Shown here: piece after piece, positions 22,338 through 33,880 of the stretch | Layout: each line of letters opens with the position of its first letter | How positions within the stretch are numbered: position 1 is the stretch's first letter | From: Lepidodermella squamata | Lineage: Eukaryota > Animalia > Gastrotricha | Reading direction: 5' to 3' | Length of the DNA: 64,000 nucleotides | Assembly (NCBI GenBank): GCA_047495785.1 | Contig: JBLDXI010000001.1 | Span: 4,712,001 to 4,776,000 of the forward strand | Position numbers and translations under genes: made by a program | Notes under the pieces: generated by a model | What the model was told of the DNA's origin: nothing | Database searches by the model: none | The model's input: only the letters and a program-made list of their open reading frames with translations

Positions 22338-23001
22338 TACTTATATACAGCAATAATTCATTTAATTTATGTTTCAATGTTATAATGCACCTTTTTTGTT
22401 ATTACGATGACCCGATTATTTTGCTTAAAATCAGTCCCGATCAGCTCATTTGCCGAAAAACTCGACAACATTTGATTGATTGATGGTATCTCCTATTAAT
22501 TCTGGAAATGAGCTTATTAGGGTTGGAAAAATCGCGAAATTTCGAATGACTTCGATTCCCAAATTATAATTTATGGCAAGTCGCATGTACAATAATTAGG
22601 AAACGCTCTGTGTGCTTTTATGTAATATTGTTCTTACCTGATGAATAATATATATTTTTTCTCTTTTGATTTTTGATGCCTGTGAATACGACGAAATTTT
22701 ATTAAAAAAATGGCGAAGATTTATTCGGAGTGAGAAAACCTGGCTTTTTGTGTTTGTTGAATAAGCGCTTCGGAAAATTAACAGCATTACCCTGCTGCTT
22801 CATACCCGCTTTGAACACCTTGCATAGACTGCTGATCGAAAAGAGACCGACTCGAGGACGCCTTTAAAACTAACATATAACGCTAGACTGGGTTCGATAA
22901 TTTGATAATTTCAGGTATTTAATCACTTAACATTGGTATTGAATTCTGTATGTGTTGAAGGACTCCCTTATTCACACAATTTAGAACCTCCTTTTTTTTT
23001 A

Positions 23002-23474
23002 GGGTGTTGCTATTGGCACATAATTATGTGCCTCTTATTGGCTATTGGCACATACATTATGTGCCCCTTAATGGCTATTGGCACATAACGCTAATTTCAA
23101 TTTTCGATGTTTTAGAAAGTCACGCATCGAAATGTTCCACGAGTATTGATATTAGGGTTTTCGTCAACCGGGAATCGAATGGCGATATCGAAATTGCAGT
23201 CATGGGCCCGCAAATCGGGGTATCCGTCATCCAATGGGTAGCCCAAGTAGAGTATCTGAAGTCTATCGCATAGTTACGTGAAATCCGACGATTCCAGTGA
23301 ATTCGCCGCCCCTAGATTGCTAATGCAAGGTTGAAATGCTGGTATCTGGGAATTGAACTCCCGAAAAAAGCAGTTAAATGAAAAATGTTATGTGCCAATA
23401 GCCATTAAGGGGCACATAATGTATGTGCCAATAGCCAATAAGAGGCACATAATTATGTGCCAATAGCCACACCG
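23002..23474. mobile_element. Mutator-like MITE, ~87-bp TIRs, 9-bp TSD TTTTTTTTA
   Basis: 23002-23088 is the reverse complement of 23387-23474; TIRs built from ~32-bp GCTATTGGCACATA..TATGTGCC repeats; TTTTTTTTA on both sides. Confidence 0.85.
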
Positions 23475-23611
23475 TTTTTTTTATAGTAACCGCGTATCAT
23501 TGTGCCAGCAGTGGAGGTGAGACTTTGGTGGGTTAGAGTGGGGGAACGATATATATTTGGAATGGGATAGTATTATAAATTATAATATTAGATAGGGGCA
23601 GAGGAAAGGAA

Positions 23612-23798
23612 AGGAATAATAGGAATAGGAATAGGAATAGGAATAGGAATAGGAATAGGAATAGGAATAGGAATAGGAATAGGAATAGGAATAGGAATAG
23701 GAATAGGAATAGGAATAGGAATAGGAATAGGATAGGAATAGGAATAGGAATAGGAATAGGAATAGGAATAGGATAGGAATAGGAATAGGAATAGGAAT
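23612..23798. repeat. (GGAATA)n microsatellite, ~30 units (reverse complement of the 19.1-kb array)
   Basis: Near-perfect array seen directly. Confidence 0.98.
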
Positions 23799-25108
23799 AC
23801 GTTTAGGGATGAGATTCGTTAGAAATAGGAGTAAGAACGAGTTATGGTGAATAACCTCTGCCTTTTCTTTACCGAACATATATCGGTAAGTTCAATAGAT
23901 GATTTCAGTGATTTCTATGGATCCTTACAGTTTTCCTTTATACCTCTGACGTATGACGTATCTGAAGCTGCCCTCCTTCATATAGATACCTATCCAATTT
24001 AAAATTTACATCGTCTCCTTTCAGGCCAAAGATGAAGCCAATAGTTTTATTCCTATCAATAACAAGTCACGAGAAATAGTATACTTATTGTGCAAAATTT
24101 AATCAAACAACATTTCACTTCGTCTCAAATTGGGTTTCGATCGATTTTGGCCCACTTTTTTCATACACTACGAGAGCCGCTCGCAGTGACAAGAGAAAAA
24201 AATGACCGGAATTGCGGCTTGTTGATATGTAATACATATTATAGCATGAGCAGTAGAATTGCACTGCGCAATATCAGCGGTCATTTTCACAATATTGCCA
24301 CCACAATACACATTGCGAATATTTTCTACATTTTTTATATAACCGCGAGCAATTTTCATTTTTTCGACGTAGTAAATTTTTATTAATTTTTTCTGTAATA
24401 TTTAACAATAATTTATTACTTCCTGGTTTTGCAATCGATTTTCTGAGAGCACTTGAAATTATTCAATAAAATTTACTTCAATCTCGCACATCAGGTGAGG
24501 ATGGCACATATTTTTTCGTAAATATTATCGCACATTTTCAACAGCTAATTATTTGATTTCCCAAATTACGGCTCGAGCTCCCAATTGAGACGCAAATGTG
24601 AGAATCAAGGCACACTACTTAGGCCTAATTGACTCTCATCGTTCTCGATTTTTTTATATTATACCTTCCCAAAAAAAACCAAGCGATGAGTGCTTCAGAT
24701 GTTTAATCTAGGTTATATATTTGTCGCCAACAAAAAAATTCAAATAAAATTTAGCGCACTGCCATATTTTCGCGCATAATTTGGCGCGCGTGTAATAAAG
24801 AATTTTTTCTGCGCCTGTATATATAATAATAATAATTTGAATTTTTATTGCGCGCTACTCTCGGCGAGGACTATCATAAAGACAGTCATCTATCATCCAT
24901 ACATACAGCCGATTTACTTCTTATTGTTTTTCGCACTTCGCATGATGTTGTAGCCTGGCAAATATTTTCTGCTTTTTATATAGGCGAAAAATGTCTTAGT
25001 AGCAAGTGTTTTATCAACTTTTTTTATTCTGAAAATGCGACCGGCCTAGTCGTGATGGCATCAACGTCGAAGCGGCACCCCCGTCGAGCTGCCGCCTGCT
25101 AGCCGTCG

Positions 25109-28100
25109 ATGATAATGCCGCAGAGTTATTTCAAGCTTTGTTCAACTATCTACTACCTGCTAGGCGTCGTTTACTTGTCAAGCAGTTTCGCGCGAGCTTA
25201 CACGTTTTGTAAGTCTCAAGTTTTTTATTATTGATTTTGTTGACGGTTTTGTTAAATAATTATTGATTTTTTTCCTTTTTCAAGGTGACCAGAATTGCAA
25301 AAAGGCGGGCAGCTTTTGCGTGCTCGACGACCCGACCGCCTTCTCCGTGTGCCGGCACGGCATTCGACTGGGCACTTGGCACTGTTGTGAGTCAATTTAT
25401 TAATTTTATCCAACTGCTGAGTAATTTTGGCCAATTTTTCTGGAAAATTTAAACAATTGAAGAAGTATTTGAAAAATCAGGTTCTAACCGCTGAAATTGA
25501 GGTCTTAAGTTGAGCGCTTCAGCTGTTCCAGCGTAGACAATGTTCCAGCTCTTATTTTGTTAAGATTTCTTGCGATCGTCCTGTTTTGATCGATAATAAT
25601 GTCGATAGGTACCTTCAGTTACGAATATAATTTTCAATTTTGGCTTCCTTGACCTCAGATATTATCGGAAAAATCACCGATTTGCAGAATCAATACTGAA
25701 AATCGACATCGGCTCTTGAAGCTGATAAGCATACCTATAGCACAAAATAGTAATTTTTTAATTTGATAGCCTTGATTATTGTTCTGGAACACTTAATTAG
25801 CATTGAATCATTATAGATCGCATGGGGACATTTTGGGAGAGCCCTAAAATACAAAATACCGTACCTTTCGAATAGGGCTATTTCAATTTTGGGACACCGT
25901 TTCCTGATTGTTTCCCAGCGAGTCTGTGGACTTGGGTCGCTGGGTCGAGCATTGGGAAATAATAAATGGCATGGCTTTTAACTCTGGGAGAATGCTAGCC
26001 TAATATACGCGATGACCTATTTGATACCTATTTGAGTTCTATTGACTCCAAATTAATATGTCTTGGTTATCAAAACACAAAATTCGACCTTGAACTGAAA
26101 ATTAACGTCTAAATAAAGGAAGAGTTGGAACCTTTTAGGTTACATCCTGGTGTACGCATATGTCGGGTAATGATCATTTTGCAGCATTCCTACGTTTCCA
26201 AAAGCATTCATTTGGAAGGGAAGCCCGGTGGTTACCGATTCGTTAACTTTCGGTGGGTTTCCTAAATTCGCGGGATCTTCTATTCTCAAATCGCTTAGCC
26301 GAGACGGATGGAAAATAGTTCTTAAACTCTTATGGGTTCTGCCCTTTATTTCAGTCCTGACTTGTAATTCGGTATTTACGGTTGATTGTAAATAAGTGTT
26401 ATTGCGATACACGGATGGTACAACTTCCATGTTCTCCCCATGACAGAATAACAAGTTGCTCTTTTATGTTCGTTGCAGCTTCCGGCTTTCTTTGGGACGT
26501 ATCAAAAAACGCATGTAACTGGCCAATGTACACGCCCGATCCGCAGTGCCCCTGCTCAAACCCGCTGACCGGCAACGCGAGCATCATCGCCCCAAGACCA
26601 CAGTCAGCCAACCGCAACGCAACTCGGAATAAAACGCAGCAAAGCAAACCGCAGAAGCAACCTGGCGTGGTCGTTGTTCCAATCGCGCCGACAGAACGGC
26701 CCACGACGAACCGAAATCGCTTGGCAAAGCCGAAACCAACCACGCCGAGCAGTTTTAAGAACAAGTTCATGAACACGGTGGATTACAACGACATGAGCGA
26801 AGGTGCTGGATCTGCGGAACTTGCCGACGATGAGTCGATAGCTGCTTTCGAGGACGGCGACGATGACGATGATGGCGATGACATTTACGAGTCGCAGCGG
26901 GTTACGATTATTCAGACTCGGGCGCCGCCACGACAGAATGTGAAGCCTGCCCTTGTGCCGACTGTTATGGTGACTACAGCGGCGTACGTCGACGATGGCT
27001 ACGTCGAGGAGGGCAGGGTGAATACGTATAGCTACAAGTCGAAGAAGGCACCGCTGCCTGGCACAAAACTGCCAACGACTACGCCGAATCGGCGGCCTTA
27101 CCAGGTGAGTTCATTCGCGAGAATGCAATCTACAACTTGGTAGTCTTCAGTCGAATGGGCGTTAACTGATGACTCCAACTTATCATAAACCAAAATTCTT
27201 CCTTGTCGAACTTTCCTCGAAGAACCGAGCTGCGTTGGCACAAGAAAAATTCCCCCCTCCATGTCAAATGCTACTGTTCCGGAAAGCCAAACTGAAGTTC
27301 CACACTACGCTTACTCAGTGTACGAAGTAGGCGCGTGAGGGGGAGGGGATTACGGGGGGTACCGAACCCCAGCTCGAGAGGTCAAGACAAAGAAACCCGA
27401 TAAAAACACCGATATACTCGGAATCGAAAATACAACCCCCTCTTCGCCTCCCCCACCTCGAGGATCCTATTTCCTTCTCTGATTAAGTGCTTCGGCTATT
27501 ACTATAGGACATTTCAAAGCCATACCCATCCCAAATCTCTCGAACGCTAAATTTGTAACACTAGAATCACAATTTTGTGGCTCCAAGAAAGTTCCGAGTC
27601 AATAAACTTCAGATGAGCGTGCGATAGCTTATTGAGTTCTATTCAAGCTTCAATTCTCAACTAGTGGCTAGATCTGAGTTTTCTAAACCGCGCAGAAATT
27701 ATTCATTCCGTGTGGAACTTCGAAAACTTGGATTACTGTAAGGAATAATGCTTGACCAGATTTGGCAGAACTCCAAGAGTGTTAGCTCTCTGCTAAACTT
27801 TTTTAATTGGAAACTTGCGATGGCTAAAAATCCATAAGGATGCTATCCCTGATCTGGCGCAATTCATGGCTTCAAGTTTAGGGGTTTCAATCCGATCATC
27901 CTTATGTAAATCTAACTTTGATTGTGTCTGCATTCATTTCAGCAGCCAACCTTCAGCAACAGCAACACCGGCGCCAGCGATACGGACGAACCGCCGCGAG
28001 GGAACGCATACAGCGGGCCGCGTTCTCGACAAGGCGGCTTTTTCGGAACCGAAGAGGACGAACCGCCTCGGAACTACCGCAAGAAAGCAGGCTCGGGTGC

Positions 28101-28212
28101 TGCCGGCCTGCACCTGCCGACCTCACGAACTGCTCTCAACCTGCTCGCCGCCTTTACTATAGCTTTTTTACTTACCAGTCATCTCACCGTCCAGTTACAG
28201 TCATCTTTGTAA
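25109..28212 (+). CDS. CBM14-like protein with mucin-like/acidic tail and GPI-like C-terminus (exons 25109-25208, 25285-25386, 26479-27104, 27943-28212)
   Basis: YTFCDQNCKKAGSFCVLDDPTAFSVCRHG...CSSGFLWDVSKNACNW...CPC; 102-bp exon 2 equal in length and phase to paralog exon 19935-20036; terminal hydrophobic stretch ALNLLAAFTIAFLL. Confidence 0.82.
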
Positions 28213-29066
28213 GCACAAATACTTGTCGGAATGTGTAATTTATTTATATTTTTTCATGAAAATTATAGACATTATAGAATTTACGTAATTTAATAATCTA
28301 CGCGAATTTTTTTGAATGACTGATGACAGAATAAAATTGAAATAAAATATGGAGTAATTCAGGGTAGTGTTTGGTATATCGCATTGAAAAATGTATCAGA
28401 ATCAATTTTTGTCCCGTCAGGGGATCAAACGTGTACAGCTTTCTTTCGCCGTGGTACGATGAGCTATTCCGGCAATCTTTTCCTTGCCGGACAGAAGATA
28501 GCAGAAGTTGCGAATATATATATATTTCAGCAGAGATGTGCTGTGGCTGAGTCGAACATGTGCTGGGACCACTGGAAAACCCGGAAAATGCAAATTCAAG
28601 ACATTTAGGAAGGTTCGCAGTACTTACGGTATGCATCCTGACCTTAACTATTCAGGAATTAAAAAAAACTAAGCAGATAGTTAGGTAATTTCGGAAGGTA
28701 ATTTGACTTTTCCTGCCAACTTTCAGGCTCTGTTGATAGTTTACAGTATCGTTGACGTGATAGTTGTAGAAATCATAAAATTAGTTCTCTATCAATATAC
28801 TATAGAAGATTGTAGTAGTAACTTATTTCTGTGGACATTTGGCAAACATAAATGCACAACATGGCAAGTTGCGCGAATTCTATTCAACCCGGGTAAATAC
28901 CGAGAAAATCAATGTATTTGGCTAGACTACAGCGCAAAAATTGATAATTCCAATAATCAACAGGCATTTCTCGAGGAAAAGACTAAGAACATTCCCCGGA
29001 AAGCTTGAGATGAAAAGTCAACGTGAAGAAATCAAATTTACTTTATTGCATTCTGATCACATGTTT

Positions 29067-29540
29067 TCAAGCTGCAAATGACAATGTTTTAGATAGGTAG
29101 ACTAGTCCAGTAATGAAAACAACAGCCTGCAGACCAGCAGGCACGTAGCCGTTCTGATGCCGTATCACCAAGTTGTGCCGATGCCCAAGTACGAACTCAT
29201 TGAAAATGCCTCGCATCAGCCAAGCGTCCAGCAGAACATTGACAAAGCAAATCCAGAACTTGTCCATGCCAGTACCCATGCATAGAGCTGCTATAAGGAT
29301 AGCACCTCGAAATCCCATGAATGTTCGAATCGTTTTATTCCATGCGAGGCTGACTTCGCGAATTTTCGGATCTTCCCATGCCTCTTTGGTTAACTTTACA
29401 CTGGCTGGGTGTTCAATCGATACTACGTAGACCAAGACTCGAAAAGCTGTGACTGCGAAGACAATCTGAAGGTACAGCTGGGACCAGCCATCGTCAGTGA
29501 ACACAACGTTCTCCAAAGCAGAAGTTATCTGGTCAAACAT
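29067..29540 (-). CDS. Intronless 157-aa multi-pass membrane protein of unknown function, paralog 1
   Basis: Three ungapped equal-length paralogs share AWEDPxIRExSLAW, MGFR, NxxLD, HQN; ~4 hydrophobic segments; TATA upstream and AATAAA downstream. Confidence 0.88.
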   Translation of the reverse strand: MFDQITSALENVVFTDDGWSQLYLQIVFAVTAFRVLVYVVSIEHPASVKLTKEAWEDPKIREVSLAWNKTIRTFMGFRGAILIAALCMGTGMDKFWICFVNVLLDAWLMRGIFNEFVLGHRHNLVIRHQNGYVPAGLQAVVFITGLVYLSKTLSFAA

Positions 29541-29597
29541 GTTGGCTAAGAATAATAAGAAAGGAAATTGTAGCTAATGCGTTTACATATCCTGCCT

Positions 29598-29800
29598 TTT
29601 TATACCACGATAACTAGCACAAATTCTGTCTGGGCGATAGGAAAAAACTCAAGGCGGAGTTCTGTGGTCAAGATAAGTCGTAATCGTTAAAATGAATGAG
29701 TCTGCCGGTCTTGTATGCTGAATAGCAAATGCGCTGTGAGGTTTGTTTGCTTAGAATGGCAGCAATACTACGTCGCACAAATGTCCTAATCCTCGGCCAT
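29598..29800 (-). promoter_or_regulatory. Promoter block conserved with 31071-31258: TATA box, three GATA sites, forkhead-type TGTTT(G/A)C site
   Basis: Alignable non-coding blocks upstream of paralogs 1 and 2 retain the motifs in the same order. Confidence 0.6.
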
Positions 29801-30528
29801 ATTAATTGTGTGGGGTTTTCCAAGCTACTTGTATCTATTCACAATTCACTATTTCGCCATTAGAAAAAGGGGCAATCGGGCACTCCGAGAAAGAAGTATA
29901 CACCAGTAATTATTCACTGCGTGCCAAGTAGTCATTTTTAGGACAAGGAGCCCGTTCCTCTGGATGGTTCTGGAGACACAATCAAGCTATTTAACTTGGC
30001 ATTTACAACTCATGTACTTACTTGCCTGGTCAAAATGAGGATAAAATGCGTTCAGTTCAGTAGGATAAGAAGTTTTAAAGCCCTTATTTCTTCATTCGAT
30101 ACTTCGATACTTTTACACCCACGTGACATGAAAATTCAGCTGGCTTTAAGGCGGTGAAATAAAAAAATGCTTAGATATCGTAAAAAAAACTGCTGACACT
30201 GTTAGCCGAGACTAATAAGTGGCAAGACCGCTGTTAAATTAAGTTCAGTGAGAATATTTTTTCAATTTGAAAGCACATGTTAACATTTAAGAAGCGATTC
30301 GTGAAGTCAGACAAGAGAATACCCGTTTTTAAACTGCTTTACACTATTTACACCACTATTTACACCATGTTAAATGACGCTCTTAGATCAGCGATCAGCT
30401 CGTGATAAGGTCAAGGACTGAAGTTCAATGAACTGGAACAATTGTGTCACACCTGATTTTCATTATATTTTTGGCGCCCTGGACTACTCAAAATTAACAT
30501 GTGCTTTATTCTGATCAATTACATGTTT

Positions 30529-31002
30529 TTAAGCCGCAAATGACAATGTCTTAGCTAGGTAGACTAGTCCAGCAACGAGACCTACGGACTGAACAATTGT
30601 AGGCGCCTTGCCGTTCTGATGCCGTATGACTATATTGTGCCTATGCCCCAGGAGGTGGTCATCGACAATTATCCACATCATCACAACATCCAATAGGACA
30701 TTGACCAAGCAAACCCAGAATTTGTCCAAGCCCGGACTCAGGTACAGAGTAGGTAGAAGGGTCGCAGCTCGAAAGCCCATAAAAACTCTAATCGTTCTAT
30801 GCCAGGCGAGGCTTATCTCGCGAATTCTAGGATCCTCCCATGCCTCCTTTGATAGTTTAACCCTGGCAGGGTGTTCAATCGATACTATGTAGATTACGAC
30901 TCGGAAAGCTGTGACTGCGAAAACAATTTGAAGGTACCACTGCGACCAGCCATTGTCAGTGAACAACACGTTCTCAAATGCAGAATTTATAGTGTCAAAC
31001 AT
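30529..31002 (-). CDS. Intronless 157-aa membrane protein, paralog 2
   Basis: Full-length ungapped similarity to 29067-29540. Confidence 0.88.
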   Translation of the reverse strand: MFDTINSAFENVLFTDNGWSQWYLQIVFAVTAFRVVIYIVSIEHPARVKLSKEAWEDPRIREISLAWHRTIRVFMGFRAATLLPTLYLSPGLDKFWVCLVNVLLDVVMMWIIVDDHLLGHRHNIVIRHQNGKAPTIVQSVGLVAGLVYLAKTLSFAA

Positions 31003-31361
31003 TTTAGCTTTGATTACAAAGCAAGCCGATATTTAGATATGACCCCATGTGTTTCCATATCGTACGCTGCTATATACTGCGATAAATGGCGCAAATTCTG
31101 TTCCGGCGATAGGCGAAAACTTTAGTAACGATAAGTTGTAACAGTCGAAATGAATAAGTGCTGAAAAACAAGTGCGCCTTCCTGACATGGCTGTGAGGTT
31201 TGTTTACTTAAAACGGCAACATACTACGTTGCCCACATATGTCCTATTCATCGGCCAAATTTACCGAGCTCGTGTGAATTTTTTCAAGTTCATTATTGTT
31301 AAATAAGAATATAAACTATTCCCTCGTTATAAGTTGATAAAGCCTTTCTACAAGATGGCGC

Positions 31362-32140
31362 CATAGATAAATAAAAAAGAGAGATCTGACACGCTAGTAC
31401 ATTTATGTGTGCCGAAATGATTCATCAAGAGTTTTTGCTTTTTGGTCGCGTGACCTGAAAATCACTTGTCAACATCACTATAAAAAATACGGCATAATCA
31501 ACGCAAGTGACAAGTGATTTCGGGTGGCTACTTCACCTCAATTTATCTCAAAACACACCCCCTTCGATTTTTTCCGAACTAATTTTATTTTGAAGTATCT
31601 AACTCGAGCTACATCCACATTTTTTTCGAATTTGCGGCCGGCCTTCCGTTATTTTTCTAGAATTTTTCAAATCTTCCGCATTTCAGCAATCAATTTAATG
31701 GCGTGGGGCTGGTAGCTAGTTTTTTTGGTGGCGTGAATCATAATTATTGCAGATGACGCCGTGATTCATCAGGCGATTTTTTGCACAAAGCTAGAAAAAG
31801 CAATAATAATCACTGTGTGGAAACGTGCATCCTTTATAATTTTTCTACCGAAAACCGTTCCCTGGCCGGAAATTCCAGTTTGACAAGCGTTGAGTTGAAG
31901 GTGAGATCTACATGCCCTATTTTTTTCGAGAAAATCGAAGGGGGTGTGTTTTGAGATAAATTGAGGTGAAGTAGCCACCCACAATCACTTGTCACTTGCG
32001 TTGATTATGCCGTATTTTTTATAGTGATGTTGACAAGTGATTTTCAGGTCACGCGACCAAAAAGCAAAAACTCTTGATGAATCATTTCGGCACACATAAA
32101 TGTACTAGCGTGTCAGATCTCTCTTTTTTATTTATCTATG
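31362..32140. mobile_element. Non-autonomous TIR element (P-element-like MITE), ~210-bp near-perfect TIRs, 8-bp TSD GATGGCGC
   Basis: 31362-31571 equals the reverse complement of 31931-32140 with ~2 mismatches; termini CATAG...CTATG; GATGGCGC at 31354-31361 and 32141-32148. Confidence 0.9.
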
Positions 32141-32548
32141 GATGGCGCCGTCCAACCTCAAGCAGCAGGTAGCAACTGTTAAGTTAAGCGTGCATTATAA
32201 CAATAAGAACAAAAATGATAACGATTAAATAAGACATGCCTTCATCAGTGGGATCCTTAAATATCCAAACAATCTCTTTGGCTGATGTCGTCAATGCAAA
32301 TGAGCAGTCAGTGACCAGGGAACCCATTTTTACGGAACATGATATGGTTATTCAAAATATTTTAAGATCATAAGACTATAAGGGATGCTGCGGCTTTAAC
32401 TTAAAACTTACACGTTGTCCTCCACAAGTCCCTGGTCTATCTGAAGCTGTACTGACTTGGAAACCATGTTACACAATTAAGCATTATTAAAGACTTAAGA
32501 AAAATTATGACACATTTTATTACAACCTTCAGCTAATTGAAGTTATCT

Positions 32549-33022
32549 TTAAGCAGAGAAAGAGAACGTTTTCGCAAGGTATACTAGTCCAGAAACTAAA
32601 AGAATGGATTGCAAGGTTAAAGTTGCGATTCGGTTCTGGTGGTGTATGATAAGATTTCGCTTGCGCCCTAACTCGAACTCTCCTATCAAGCCGTTCATCA
32701 GCAAAACATCCAGCACGATATTGACCAAACAAAACCAGAATTTTTCGATTCCATTGCTCATGTTCAGAGCTGCTAGAAGTATAGCACATCGGAACCCCAT
32801 CAGCGTTCGAATGGTCATACACCAGGCCAGACTGATCTCGCGTATTCTCGGGTCTTCCCACGCTGCTTTTTCAAATTTAATCCTGCCAGCGTATTCGATC
32901 GAAATTGAATAGACTAAGACTCGGAAAGCTGTGATGGCTAGCACGATTTGAAGGTACACCTTGGACCAGCCGTTGTCGGTGTAAACTATTCCGTCAATAG
33001 CAGACTTGAATAAGTCTAACAT
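32549..33022 (-). CDS. Intronless 157-aa membrane protein, paralog 3 (most divergent)
   Basis: Full-length ungapped similarity to the other two copies. Confidence 0.88.
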   Translation of the reverse strand: MLDLFKSAIDGIVYTDNGWSKVYLQIVLAITAFRVLVYSISIEYAGRIKFEKAAWEDPRIREISLAWCMTIRTLMGFRCAILLAALNMSNGIEKFWFCLVNIVLDVLLMNGLIGEFELGRKRNLIIHHQNRIATLTLQSILLVSGLVYLAKTFSFSA

Positions 33023-33880
33023 TTTTAGCTAGAAATAAAGATTAGGCTTATTAATTACCCCAAGTAAAGAGCAAACATTTGAAAGCACTCGGGAACTTGT
33101 GTCTAGTCCATCCAGCTTTTTTCATCCCTCATATTAAGCTCTCATATTTGTTTGTATGGCAGGGCTTTCTTTATCATACGTACAAGCAGCCATGTGCTTT
33201 CCACCAGCATGTATAAATAATCGATTGTTTACCTTGAATGGGTCAACGGAAATGCTCGGCCTAGTTTTACCACCTATGCGTAATGTGAGTATTGGCTTCC
33301 AATTTCTGATGGAGTAAACAAGTATAGCACAACCCCAGCAGAGAACATGCCAGGGCGATCTGATGGTCTGATATCAAAGCGACATTCTATCTCATACTTG
33401 GAATCATATCATGAAATTCATCGTCAACGTTGATCAACTTTCGATCGAATCATTGCCGGCGCTGCATTAGAAGATGGAAAATCATTTCGGATTGGTTCAA
33501 AGTAACCCTCCGTAAATTGCCTGAAAAGACGTTTACGAGTCTCCCCAACAAACATAATTGCGCTTGATTTAAACTTAAATTCAGGACATGATCTTTACCG
33601 CCGGTTATGCTTGCATTGTCTTTCCCATATTTTTTCCTAATAACAACAAAACGATGGCGTAATTTTTTCGTCTAGACAGCGTTTGATCATGTTTGCTTAA
33701 GTGAGCGTTTTCGCGAATTTAGCGCTCGACTATTGAGCTCTAGGGCAGCACGATCGTCGCAGCTGGATAAAGGGGCAACCTATCGAAACCCCTCGTCGAA
33801 TCCTATCAGCCTGCGTTTTGTCAGTCGACCATCTTCTTTCCTTTTCAAAAGATATAATTTCACCGCTGCTCTTGCGAAAC

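Noticed and set aside
23002-23474. CRISPR-like repeat array
   Set aside because: Eukaryotic DNA, no unique spacers, and the repeats form terminal inverted arms with a TSD.
19090-23798. Telomere-capped gene-sized minichromosome
   Set aside because: The arrays are internal, their unit is not TTAGGG, and the enclosed gene belongs to a collinear paralog cluster.
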